Assembly (NCBI GenBank): GCA_943787795.1
Contig: CALSNU010000004.1
Coordinates: forward strand, 96,001 to 160,000
Direction of reading: 5' to 3'
DNA length: 64,000 bases
Source: an uncultured bacterium
GTDB taxonomy: Bacteria; Planctomycetota; UBA1135; GCA-002686595
Every line of letters starts with the position of its first letter. Position 1 is the stretch's first letter. A program made the position numbers and the translations under genes. The notes under the pieces are model-generated. The model worked only from the letters and a program-made list of their open reading frames with translations. It had not been told where the DNA came from and searched no databases. Positions 19,014 to 27,367 of the stretch are shown one piece after another.

Positions 19014-20129
19014 ATGACCGACGCCGATCTGAAACAAACCGACCTGCACGAGGTCCACGTCTCGAGCGGCGCCAAGATGGTCCCCTTCGGCGGCTGGAGC
19101 ATGCCGGTGCAGTACGCCTCGATCCTCGACGAGGCACGGCGGGTGCGCGAGCACGTCGGGCTCTTCGACCTCGGCCACATGGGTCGACTTGAGGTCACCG
19201 GCCCGGACGCCACGCGCTTCCTCGACTCGGTGGTCACCAGCTTCGTGGGCAAGATCCCCGTCGGCGCAATCCGCTACGGGCTGGTCTGCGCCGAGGACGG
19301 CGGGCCGCTCGACGACCTCCTGCTCTACAAGTCGAGCGACGAGAACATCTTCGTGGTCGCCAACGCCTCCAACTGCGCGACGGTCCTCGCCTGGCTGCAC
19401 GACCACGTCGGGTCCCATGACGTGACGATCACCGACCGCTCGGACGAGCTCGCGATGCTCGCGCTCCAGGGACCGAAGTCGCAGGACGCGCTGCAGCCCC
19501 TTGTGGAGGGCAAGGACCTGGGCGAGGTCGGCTACTACAAGTTCACCTTCGCCACGGTCTGCGGGATCCCGGACGTCCGCATCAGCCGCACGGGGTACAC
19601 GGGTGAGGACGGCTTCGAGCTCTACTTCCCGAGCGCCGAGTCGGTGCGGGTCTGGAACGCGCTGATCGAGGCTGGCGCCGCGCACGGCCTGGCCCCCATC
19701 GGGCTGGGCGCCCGCGACACCCTGCGCCTCGAGGCGGGCATGCCCCTCTACGGCCACGAGATCGACCGGGAGCACAACCCCGTCGAGGCCGGCCTGAACT
19801 TCGGCATCTCCTTCAAGGAAGAGAAGGGCGACTGGATCGGCCGCGCCGCGCTCGCCGCGGTCAAGGAGTCGCCCAAGCGAAAGCTCGTGGGTATCACGAC
19901 CGAGGGCAAGCGCGTCCCCCGCGAGGGCTACCTGCTCTTTGACGGCGATCGCGAGGTCGGGCACATCTGCTCCGGCGCGGTCTCCCCCACGATCAACACC
20001 AACATCGGCTCGGCCTACCTCCCCGTGGAGCTCGCCGTCGCCGGTCAGACCATCGATATGGACATCCGCGGAAAGCGCCAGCAGTGCGTCGTCTGCGACC
20101 TCCCCTTCTACTCACGAACCCGCAAGTGA
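19014..20129 (+). CDS. gcvT: Glycine cleavage system aminomethyltransferase T
   Basis: MVPFGGWSMPVQY, GLFDLGHMG, RTGYTGEDGFE and GLGARDTLRLEAG motifs. Confidence 0.97.
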   Translation: MTDADLKQTDLHEVHVSSGAKMVPFGGWSMPVQYASILDEARRVREHVGLFDLGHMGRLEVTGPDATRFLDSVVTSFVGKIPVGAIRYGLVCAEDGGPLDDLLLYKSSDENIFVVANASNCATVLAWLHDHVGSHDVTITDRSDELAMLALQGPKSQDALQPLVEGKDLGEVGYYKFTFATVCGIPDVRISRTGYTGEDGFELYFPSAESVRVWNALIEAGAAHGLAPIGLGARDTLRLEAGMPLYGHEIDREHNPVEAGLNFGISFKEEKGDWIGRAALAAVKESPKRKLVGITTEGKRVPREGYLLFDGDREVGHICSGAVSPTINTNIGSAYLPVELAVAGQTIDMDIRGKRQQCVVCDLPFYSRTRK

Positions 20130-20131
20130 CC

Positions 20132-20527
20132 ATGCGCCCTGACGACCGCAAGTACCTCGACTCCCATGAATGGGCCAAGCTCGAGGGCGACCTCATCGTT
20201 GTCGGCATCACCGACTTCGCCGTGGAAGAGCTCTCCAACGGCAACGAGGGAGACCTCGTGTACTGTGACCTCCCCGACGTCGGCCGCGAGGTCGACCAGG
20301 GCGAGACCTTCGGCGAGATCGAGTCCGTCAAGGCCGTCTCCGACCTCAACGCCCCAGTCGGCGGTGAGATCGTCGAGGTCAACGCGGACATGATGGAGCA
20401 CCTCGAGACCCTCGCCGAGGATCCCTGGAAGAAGGGCTGGCTGATCAAGATCAAGCCGACCGACCCCAGCATGGATCACCTCCTCGGCGCCGAGGCGTAC
20501 GAGCAGCAGATCACCGCCGACCACTGA
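20132..20527 (+). CDS. gcvH: Glycine cleavage system H protein
   Basis: SHEW, VGITDFA and lipoyl-lysine motif IESVKAVSDL. ATG 2 nt after the gcvT stop. Confidence 0.97.
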   Translation: MRPDDRKYLDSHEWAKLEGDLIVVGITDFAVEELSNGNEGDLVYCDLPDVGREVDQGETFGEIESVKAVSDLNAPVGGEIVEVNADMMEHLETLAEDPWKKGWLIKIKPTDPSMDHLLGAEAYEQQITADH

Positions 20528-20550
20528 TCCCCCGACGGGGATCCGTCTCC

Positions 20551-21315
20551 TTGGCGGTCTGGAACCTGATCGAGACCTGGGACGCCAGCCCCGGGTTCGC
20601 CATGGGCCTCGACGAGGCCCTGCTCCGGAGCGTCGGCCGCCCGCCGACGCTCCGGCTGTATTCGTGGGCGCCGGACGCGCTCTCCCTCGGGTACTTCCAG
20701 CGCTTCGGGGACGTACCAGCGGCGGCCGCTCACCCGCACGTGGTCCGGCGCCTGACGGGCGGCGGCGCGATCCACCACCACCCCCGGGAGCTCACCTTCT
20801 CCGTCACCCTCGACGCCGATGACCCCGCCTACCGGGGCTCCGTGCCGGACTCCTACGAGCGGGCGCACGAGGCCGTGATCCGCGCCCTCTCGGCGCTGGG
20901 CGTCTCCGAGGTGCGGATGCGCCGCGCGGAGGCGGTGGGCTCCGACCTCCGGGACACCGGCATGTGCTTCCACGAGTCCACGCCCCAGGACATCTGCTGG
21001 CGCGGCGCCGCGGGGCCGCTCGCCAAGGGGGTCGGGACGGCCCAGCGCCGGACCGCCGGTCGAATCCTCCACCACGGGTCGATCAAGCTCGGCCCTTCCC
21101 CCCTCGAGCCCGAGGTCGCCACCGTGGCGGACCAGGCCGCGGACGTCAGCCCCGTCGAGGCCGGCCGCGCGCTCCGCGACGGGTTCGCCCAGGAGTTCGG
21201 CGTCGACCTCGAGCCCTGTGAGCCGGGCGCCGAGCTGCGGGCAGCCGCCGAGGCGATGGCGGCCCGCTACTCGGCGCCCGAGTTCGTCCACCGGGAGACC
21301 CGGCGGCAGCGCTGA
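20551..21315 (+). CDS. Lipoate-protein ligase/octanoyltransferase family (LplA/LipM-like)
   Basis: MGLDEALL, TLRLYSW, SLGYFQ, VRRLTGGGAIHH, KGVGTAQRR and HGSI motifs. Adjacent to gcvH. Confidence 0.9.
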   Translation: MAVWNLIETWDASPGFAMGLDEALLRSVGRPPTLRLYSWAPDALSLGYFQRFGDVPAAAAHPHVVRRLTGGGAIHHHPRELTFSVTLDADDPAYRGSVPDSYERAHEAVIRALSALGVSEVRMRRAEAVGSDLRDTGMCFHESTPQDICWRGAAGPLAKGVGTAQRRTAGRILHHGSIKLGPSPLEPEVATVADQAADVSPVEAGRALRDGFAQEFGVDLEPCEPGAELRAAAEAMAARYSAPEFVHRETRRQR

Positions 21316-21331
21316 ACGGGCGCCCACGCCC

Positions 21332-22051
21332 TCAGAGGCGAAGCTCCACGCGCCAGCTCTCCTCCTCGTTGATGAGGCCAATGGAGAAGCCGGTGATCGC
21401 TGCGCCGTTGGACATCCGAACGGGGCGCCAGGTGTCGCCCATCGGGCGATCCGAGATCCACTCCTTCTGACCCGCACGGGCGAGCTCAGCGGAGATCGAG
21501 GCCGCGCTGGAGTCCTTCCCCAGGGGGATGACGAGGTTGGCCGCGCCACGGACGGGGAGCTCGCCGGACGGACGGATCACCGTCGTGACGTCGACCCGGA
21601 GGGCTTGCTCCATCGCGCCGTCGGTGGGCGGGCGGATCGCGAGCGACGTCGGCGGCCCCTCCGCCAGGGCGATCTCAGCCCGCAGCCCGCCACCGAGACG
21701 CAGGTGGACGTACTCGGCGCTCTCGACCCAGAGGTTCCCGCTGTCCGGGGTCGCCACGGTCTTGATGCCCATGGAATTCAGGCGCCGCCCGACGAGGGTC
21801 GCCAGGTCGACCCCGGTGGTGCCGGGCGCGAGGTGGACGTGGAGGGTCAGGAAGTGGGGCTTCCCCGCCACGTTCGCCCCGATCTCGACCTCGACCAGCT
21901 GCCCGACGAAGTGGCCGGTCTTGCGCTCCTCGTCGAAGACCGTGCGATTCACCCTGCCGCCGAAGCGGAGTTGGAGGAGCCCCTCGGCTTGAACAGCGGG
22001 CGTGAGCGCGAGGAGGCAGAGGAGGGCAGCGGCGACGGATCGAAGGCTCAT
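21332..22051 (-). CDS. Secreted hypothetical protein
   Basis: Signal peptide (MSLRSVAAALLCLLALTPAVQA) and normal amino-acid composition. No family recognised. Confidence 0.7.
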   Translation of the reverse strand: MSLRSVAAALLCLLALTPAVQAEGLLQLRFGGRVNRTVFDEERKTGHFVGQLVEVEIGANVAGKPHFLTLHVHLAPGTTGVDLATLVGRRLNSMGIKTVATPDSGNLWVESAEYVHLRLGGGLRAEIALAEGPPTSLAIRPPTDGAMEQALRVDVTTVIRPSGELPVRGAANLVIPLGKDSSAASISAELARAGQKEWISDRPMGDTWRPVRMSNGAAITGFSIGLINEEESWRVELRL

Positions 22052-22209
22052 GGGTCGGCTCTAGAGGTTGAGATCGGACGACCTGTGGGACGGTCCGTCG
22101 ACGCCTCTCTTCCCCCCAATCCGGGAATGCGACCTCCGCTGAGCGCGCGCGCAGGCGACCTGGACCGCCACCCTCGACTGGACCCCTGGGGACAAGGGCA
22201 GGAGGGAAG

Positions 22210-22284
22210 TGGTTACCCCACCAGGACTCGAACCTGGAACGTCTGTACCAAAAACAGATGTGTTGCCAATTACACCATGGGGTA
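22210..22284 (-). tRNA. tRNA-Gln (anticodon TTG) with encoded CCA
   Basis: Minus strand TACCCCA..TGGGGTA-A-CCA acceptor stem, D arm GGTGTAATTGGCAACAC, anticodon arm TCTGT-TTTTGGT-ACAGA, T arm CCAGG-TTCGAGT-CCTGG. Confidence 0.97.
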
Positions 22285-22386
22285 ACGGGACACCAGCGAG
22301 GCCCGAGGGCGCTCGCCGGATGGCGGCCAAGAGAATAGCAGCGTCTGGCCGCGATACCAGCCCGCGCCTGACGAGATTCCGCTCCT

Positions 22387-23691
22387 CTAGATCGAGTCGG
22401 GGCCGCGGGGCGCTCGGGCCCTCGCCTGCGCCAGCAAGTGGGCCAGGGCGCGGTTGGCGGCCCAGCGCCGGACACGGGCTCGACCCAGGGGCGGCCAGCG
22501 TCGCTCCTCGGCCTCGACCGCGGGGGGGGCGCCGGCCTGGCCGCGGCTCGCGATCCCGAACCAGACCAGCCCCACGGGCTTCAGAGCGCTCCCTCCTTCG
22601 GGGCCCGCGATGCCTGTGACGGAGACCGCGACCTCAGCCCCTGAGCGCTCGAGGGCCCCCAGGGCCATCGCCCTGGCGCAGGCCTCTGAGACGGCGCCGT
22701 GCTCCTCGAGGACCCGCCTTGGGACCCCGAGTTCGGACTCCTTCGCCCCGTTGGCGTAGGTGACGAACGACCGCTCAAAGACCCCGCTGATCCCCGGAGC
22801 GCCGGTGAGCGACGCGGCCACCAGGCCGCCCGTACAGGACTCGGCCAGGCTGAAGCTGACCCCGAGGCGCCGGAGCTCCTCGCCCACGAAGGCCCCCAGG
22901 TCGTCCACGCGCTCGGCGAGGTACCGCTCGGGGAACAGAGCGCGCAGACCGTCGATGCGATCCTCGGCCATGGCCGTGGCCGCCTCGGGACTCTCGGCCG
23001 TCGCGACGGCGCGAGTGGTCAGGATCCCGTCCTTCACGGTCACCCCCACCAGCGGGTTGGCTCCCCGCTCGAGCCAGGCCCCGGCGGCCTCGGCGAAGGT
23101 GCTCTCCGGGAGGTCCACGAAGGCGGCCGACGCCCGCGCGCGGTGCAGCACGTCAGGACGGTTCTCGGCGAGCCACGGCTCCACCTCCGCGCCGAAGACC
23201 CCCTGAAGCTCCCGAGGGGGGCCAGGCAGGACGACCACGGTCGCGCCGAGGGGGTGCGAGCACCTGAAGCCGGGGGCCGTCCCGAAGGCGTTCGGGACGC
23301 GGGTGGCCCCCGTGGGCATGAGCGCCTGGCGCCGGTTGTTGTCCAGCATCGCGCGCCCCGCGCGTGTGAACCAGGCCTCGATCTCAGAGACCGCCTCAGG
23401 GCACTCCTCAAGGGGAGCGCCGGCGGCCCGCGCCACGCCGTGCCGGGTGACGTCATCGAGGGTCGGGCCCAGCCCGCCGCTCACAAAGATCAAGCCGCAG
23501 CCCGCAGCCAGCGCGTCGACCGCGCTGGCGATGTGCTCCTCATCGTCCCCCACGACGATGACCCGTTCGACCCGGCGGCCGAAATCGGCCATCCGGCTGG
23601 CCAGGTAGGGGCCGTTGAGGTCGGGGTGGGCCCCGGCGAGCAGCTCGTCCCCGACCGACACGACGCCCACCGACGCGGGGGCGACGGTCAA
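22387..23691 (-). CDS. cinA: CinA-family protein (MoCF-binding-like domain plus NMN deamidase PncC domain)
   Basis: VGDELL.G, SGGLGPTLDDVTR, GTAPG, LPGPPRE, AESCTGG, HGAVSE and SVTGIAGP motifs. TTG start overlaps the tatC stop. Confidence 0.93.
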   Translation of the reverse strand: MTVAPASVGVVSVGDELLAGAHPDLNGPYLASRMADFGRRVERVIVVGDDEEHIASAVDALAAGCGLIFVSGGLGPTLDDVTRHGVARAAGAPLEECPEAVSEIEAWFTRAGRAMLDNNRRQALMPTGATRVPNAFGTAPGFRCSHPLGATVVVLPGPPRELQGVFGAEVEPWLAENRPDVLHRARASAAFVDLPESTFAEAAGAWLERGANPLVGVTVKDGILTTRAVATAESPEAATAMAEDRIDGLRALFPERYLAERVDDLGAFVGEELRRLGVSFSLAESCTGGLVAASLTGAPGISGVFERSFVTYANGAKESELGVPRRVLEEHGAVSEACARAMALGALERSGAEVAVSVTGIAGPEGGSALKPVGLVWFGIASRGQAGAPPAVEAEERRWPPLGRARVRRWAANRALAHLLAQARARAPRGPDSI

Positions 23692-24683
23692 GCGACGGCT
23701 CCCTCGCCCGAGAGGTCGAGGTCCGTGGACTCCGGCTCTCTCCACGAGATCCGCGCGATCCAGTAACCGATCTCCCAGAGCAGGACGGCGGGGCCGGCGA
23801 GCATGACCTGTGTCACCGGATCAGGAGGGGTCAGGATGGCGGCAACGATCAGGGTGATGACGAGCATGTGCCCGCGCAGCTTGGCGAACGTCGAGGGATG
23901 GACGACCCCCATTCGACTCAGCGCGAACTGGAAGATCGGAAGTTGGAAGACCAGCCCGAGCGCCAGGGCGAGGCCCTTCAGGAACTGCATGTACTGGTCG
24001 AGCTCCATGGTCCGGTTGATGTTGTCCAACCCCAGGTCCTGCCCCTGGAGCGCATAGAGGGCCATGGGGACGAGGGAGAAGTACCCGAAGGACACGCCCA
24101 ACACGAACAGCAAGAAGCTGGCAGGGAAGTAGCTGTAGACGACCTTCTTCTCGGCCTTGTAGAGGCCTGCGGCCACGAACATCCACACCTCCCACAGCAG
24201 GAACGGGCCCCCGATGATCAGAGACAGCCAGAAGCAGGCCTTGAGCTTCACGAAGAACGGGCCCCCCGCCTTGAAGCTCGTGGGGCTCTTCTCCATCTCC
24301 TCGCCGGAGACCAGCCGCTCCATCCTCGGCGTGCGGAAGTAGCTGCTCCACTGCAGGGTGGGCACCGCAGGCGGCGGCAAAGCGGCCCTGACCGTCGGGA
24401 GCGCCCGGGTGAGCTGCGCGCTGCTCCAGAGCGCGAGGTCAGCCATGAAGGCCTCCTCCACCTGGGCACGTCGAATCGGCACCAGCTCATCGTTGAGCCG
24501 CTGAGCGCAGTCGACGTAGGGCTTCTGGATGAAGTGAATCACCTCCACGCGGAAGGCGTAGAGCGTCGAGAACGCCACCACGAGCACGACGGTGGAGCGA
24601 ATCAGACGGACCCTCAGCTCATCGAGGTGCTCCCCGAGGGTCATCCTCGTGTCCTCGACCGGATCGTGTTCGCGCGGGTCCAT
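23688..24683 (-). CDS. tatC: Twin-arginine translocase subunit TatC
   Basis: MTLGEHLDELRVRL, FVAAGLY..E, GLVFQLP and AAILTPPDPVTQ motifs. Confidence 0.95.
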   Translation of the reverse strand: MDPREHDPVEDTRMTLGEHLDELRVRLIRSTVVLVVAFSTLYAFRVEVIHFIQKPYVDCAQRLNDELVPIRRAQVEEAFMADLALWSSAQLTRALPTVRAALPPPAVPTLQWSSYFRTPRMERLVSGEEMEKSPTSFKAGGPFFVKLKACFWLSLIIGGPFLLWEVWMFVAAGLYKAEKKVVYSYFPASFLLFVLGVSFGYFSLVPMALYALQGQDLGLDNINRTMELDQYMQFLKGLALALGLVFQLPIFQFALSRMGVVHPSTFAKLRGHMLVITLIVAAILTPPDPVTQVMLAGPAVLLWEIGYWIARISWREPESTDLDLSGEGAVA

Positions 24684-24923
24684 GGTGGCCTCCGGCGACC
24701 TTCAAGTGGAGCCGCCGAGGGGACGGAGATGCTCGGCTTTCTGCCCCTGAAGCGCCAGCGCTCGGCGCGGATAATCGCTCCCCTGCGGAGTACTCGGCGG
24801 CCTGGAACCGGCCCCGAGGACCCCCGAGTTCTGACGCCTTGGTGGAAGCCGTCCTGGGAGTCGCACCACCTCCCACGACCCGAGACCGGGGGCGTCCCCT
24901 CCCCGCTCGACACCCGTCACAGC

Positions 24924-24986
24924 GGGCTGCCCCGACCGCGAGACTGCCCCGACCAAAGGGCTGCCCCGCACGCAGGGCTGCCCCGC
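24924..24986. repeat. Intergenic 17-bp-period direct repeat x4 (GGGCTGCCCCG core)
   Basis: CTGCCCCG starts at 24927, 24944, 24961 and 24978. Confidence 0.8.
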
Positions 24987-25011
24987 GGGCCACGTCGTCA
25001 AGGTCCCCACC

Positions 25012-25052
25012 AATGCAACGGGCGCCGGGGGCCGATTGGCCCCCGGCGCCCG
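25012..25052 (-). terminator. Strong hairpin, probable terminator of the coiled-coil gene
   Basis: CGGGCGCCGGGGGCC-GATT-GGCCCCCGGCGCCCG perfect 15-bp stem, about 25 nt after the stop. Followed by TTGCATT on the minus strand. Confidence 0.7.
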
Positions 25053-25075
25053 CCGGTCCCGGAGTCGGGATTCGA

Positions 25076-26344
25076 TCAGCGCTTGAAGTACTGGAGCACG
25101 TCACGCATGGACACGATCTCCACCCCGAGATCGCGCGCCTCGCCGTAGACCGGGAGTTGGTCCACGGGCATCGGCGTGTCGAGGGGCTCTCCGTCCTCGT
25201 CATTGAAGACCGGGCCGCCGGTGATCAGGAAGTCGGTGGCGTTCGAGATTTCGCTCTGGACGTTGATACCGATCTCGGAAAAGAGCGTGCGAAGCTCGGC
25301 CTCGTTGTAGGCGCCGGAGATGTTACCGGCGAGGACCGCGTTCCGTTGCCCCTTGGCCTCGTAGAGCGGGTTGTAGATCAGGTCGCCGACCACGACCGGC
25401 TCGAAGCGATCCGCCACGTCATAGATGGCGACCTCGGCGAACTTCGGCCCGACGCTGGTGACGCGGCAGTGGGCCTTGGCATCGGAGGTGTCGGCGCCGG
25501 GGCGGCCGCTGACAATGCGGAACACGGTGCCTTCGCTGAGACGATCCGACGCGGAGAGGTTGATGAACCCGACCCCGAACTCGGCCATGACCGCGCTGAT
25601 CTCGCCGTCGGCCTTCTCGCTGCCGCGCTGCATGTCGTTGCGAAGCGAGGTCCACTGCCCGCGCTCGGCGGAGTGGTTGAGCCTGGCCTCTTCGAGGGCG
25701 CGCTCGGTGACGCGCTTGGCGTCCTCGGCGTCGGTCACCTGGGCGGTGGTGCTGTTGAGCTGCGAGCGGAGCTTGGACACGCTGTCCTCGAGGCGGCTGA
25801 TCTCGGAATCAGCGGTCTCCGAGGCGTCGCGCGCCTCCTGCTCGAGGCTGGAGATGCGCTGGTCCTTCTCCTGCTGAAGGGCGGACTTGGCGTCACGCTC
25901 GGACGAGACCTGGCCCTCGAGCTCGGCGATCCTTCCCTCGAGCGCGGCGATTTGCTGCACCTTGGTCTTGTAGGCACCGATGGCGATCGGGACGGCGTCC
26001 TCGAACGTCTTCACGCCGTCCATGTTCGGGAAGTTGCCGCTCAGCTCGCCGAGCGAAGCCTGAGCCGCCTCGAGGTTCGACGGGGTGATCGCCGCGTTCT
26101 CGCTGAAGCCGAGGAGGATCGACCGGTCAGCGAGTTCGTTGACCTTGGACAGCAGCTTCGATTCGGACTGCGACTGGGCCTTGTTGGCCGCTGCGAGTTC
26201 GTTGCGCACGGCTGACTCGGCGTCCTGCGCGACGTACCCGTAGAAGACGGCGACAAGGAGAAAGACGAACATGACGATCGACACCACGCCGACGCGGGCT
26301 GCGCCGCGACGGGACACGATCGAGTTAGAGGTGCTGGTGAGCAT
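25076..26344 (-). CDS. Membrane-anchored coiled-coil protein with C-terminal BRCT-like domain
   Basis: Single N-terminal TM and a long heptad-rich region. A beta-rich segment (GFINLSASDRLSEGTVFRI) is followed by the BRCT-like GINVQSEISNATDFLITG..ARDLGVEIVS. Confidence 0.7.
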   Translation of the reverse strand: MLTSTSNSIVSRRGAARVGVVSIVMFVFLLVAVFYGYVAQDAESAVRNELAAANKAQSQSESKLLSKVNELADRSILLGFSENAAITPSNLEAAQASLGELSGNFPNMDGVKTFEDAVPIAIGAYKTKVQQIAALEGRIAELEGQVSSERDAKSALQQEKDQRISSLEQEARDASETADSEISRLEDSVSKLRSQLNSTTAQVTDAEDAKRVTERALEEARLNHSAERGQWTSLRNDMQRGSEKADGEISAVMAEFGVGFINLSASDRLSEGTVFRIVSGRPGADTSDAKAHCRVTSVGPKFAEVAIYDVADRFEPVVVGDLIYNPLYEAKGQRNAVLAGNISGAYNEAELRTLFSEIGINVQSEISNATDFLITGGPVFNDEDGEPLDTPMPVDQLPVYGEARDLGVEIVSMRDVLQYFKR

Positions 26345-26672
26345 GGATGTTCAGCCGGGGAGGGCACCGCGCGCGCGCGGTCTGGGCGCCGGACGGGAGG
26401 GCTGCGCCGATGAGGAGCAGTCCTGTGGGTCCGTCAGGGCCGGAGAGGGCCCATCATGAATTGGGGGGAGTAGGGTCGCCGCGGAGCCGCGGCTGTCCGA
26501 AGGTGATAACCGAGGGGCCGTCCGTGGACAAGGGCGAGCCCGGTGTAGTGTGACGCGGAGCCGGGTTTCGGCCGCCTCACCGGCGGGCCTATTGCATCGT
26601 CCCCGGCAGGTTTCCCAAGTTCTATGCCCCCGCAGCGAGGCCGGCCGCCCGGGCCAGGCCTCCCCCCCTCCC

Positions 26673-27320
26673 ATGAGCGAAGCCACCCCCTCTGAGGCCC
26701 CCACCGGGCAGCCGACCGTCATCATCGGCGTGCTGGGAGGCATTGCGTCGGGCAAGTCGACGGTTGGGAGGCTCCTCGCGGGGCCCGAGGGGGCTGTCCT
26801 CGACGCCGATGAGGTCGCCCACGGGGTCCTGCAATCCGAGGAGATACGGGACCTTGTGCTGGCCCGACACGGGACGCAGGTCCTGGATGCCCAGGGAGCC
26901 GTGGACCGGGCGGCGCTGGGCGAGCTCGTCTTTGCCGATCGGGATGCCCGGATCGAACTGGAGGGCTGGATCCACCCGAGGGTTCGTGCGACACTCCGCT
27001 CGTCGTTGGAGGACGCCGCCGCTCGCGGGGTCCCCATCGTCGTGCTCGACGTCCCGCTCCTGCTGGAACATGCCGAAGAGCACGGGCTCCTGGAGCTCTG
27101 CGATCACCTCGTCTTCGTCGACGCTCCGGCCGACGCCCGCGACCAGCGGGCGGTCCGCGACCGGGGCTGGAAACCCGGAGAAGTGGCCCGCCGCGAAGCC
27201 GCCCAGATGCCGCTCTCGACAAAGCGCGCCCGCGCTCACGTCGTGATCTCAAATGACGGCGACCTCGACTCGGTGACCTCGCAGGTCGAGCTCGCCCGGC
27301 GCCATCTCCGCGGCGCTTGA
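26673..27320 (+). CDS. coaE: Dephospho-CoA kinase
   Basis: IGVLGGIASGKST, DADEVAH, DRAALGELVF, IHPRV and LDVPLLLE motifs. Confidence 0.95.
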   Translation: MSEATPSEAPTGQPTVIIGVLGGIASGKSTVGRLLAGPEGAVLDADEVAHGVLQSEEIRDLVLARHGTQVLDAQGAVDRAALGELVFADRDARIELEGWIHPRVRATLRSSLEDAAARGVPIVVLDVPLLLEHAEEHGLLELCDHLVFVDAPADARDQRAVRDRGWKPGEVARREAAQMPLSTKRARAHVVISNDGDLDSVTSQVELARRHLRGA

Positions 27321-27367
27321 CGCCCCCACCCCCACGACTCTCCTCCGCGCCATCGAGCGCGGGCGCC

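Noticed and set aside
22052..22386. tRNA-anchored genomic island or prophage attachment site
   Set aside because: No integrase, no repeat of the tRNA 3' end noticed in the window, and no compositional shift in flanking genes.
24684..24900. Small tatA gene or cobalamin-riboswitch-like RNA upstream of tatC
   Set aside because: No ORF with a TatA TM/amphipathic pattern. The GGGAG-GTGGTGCGA-CTCCC hairpin lacks the rest of the B12 box.
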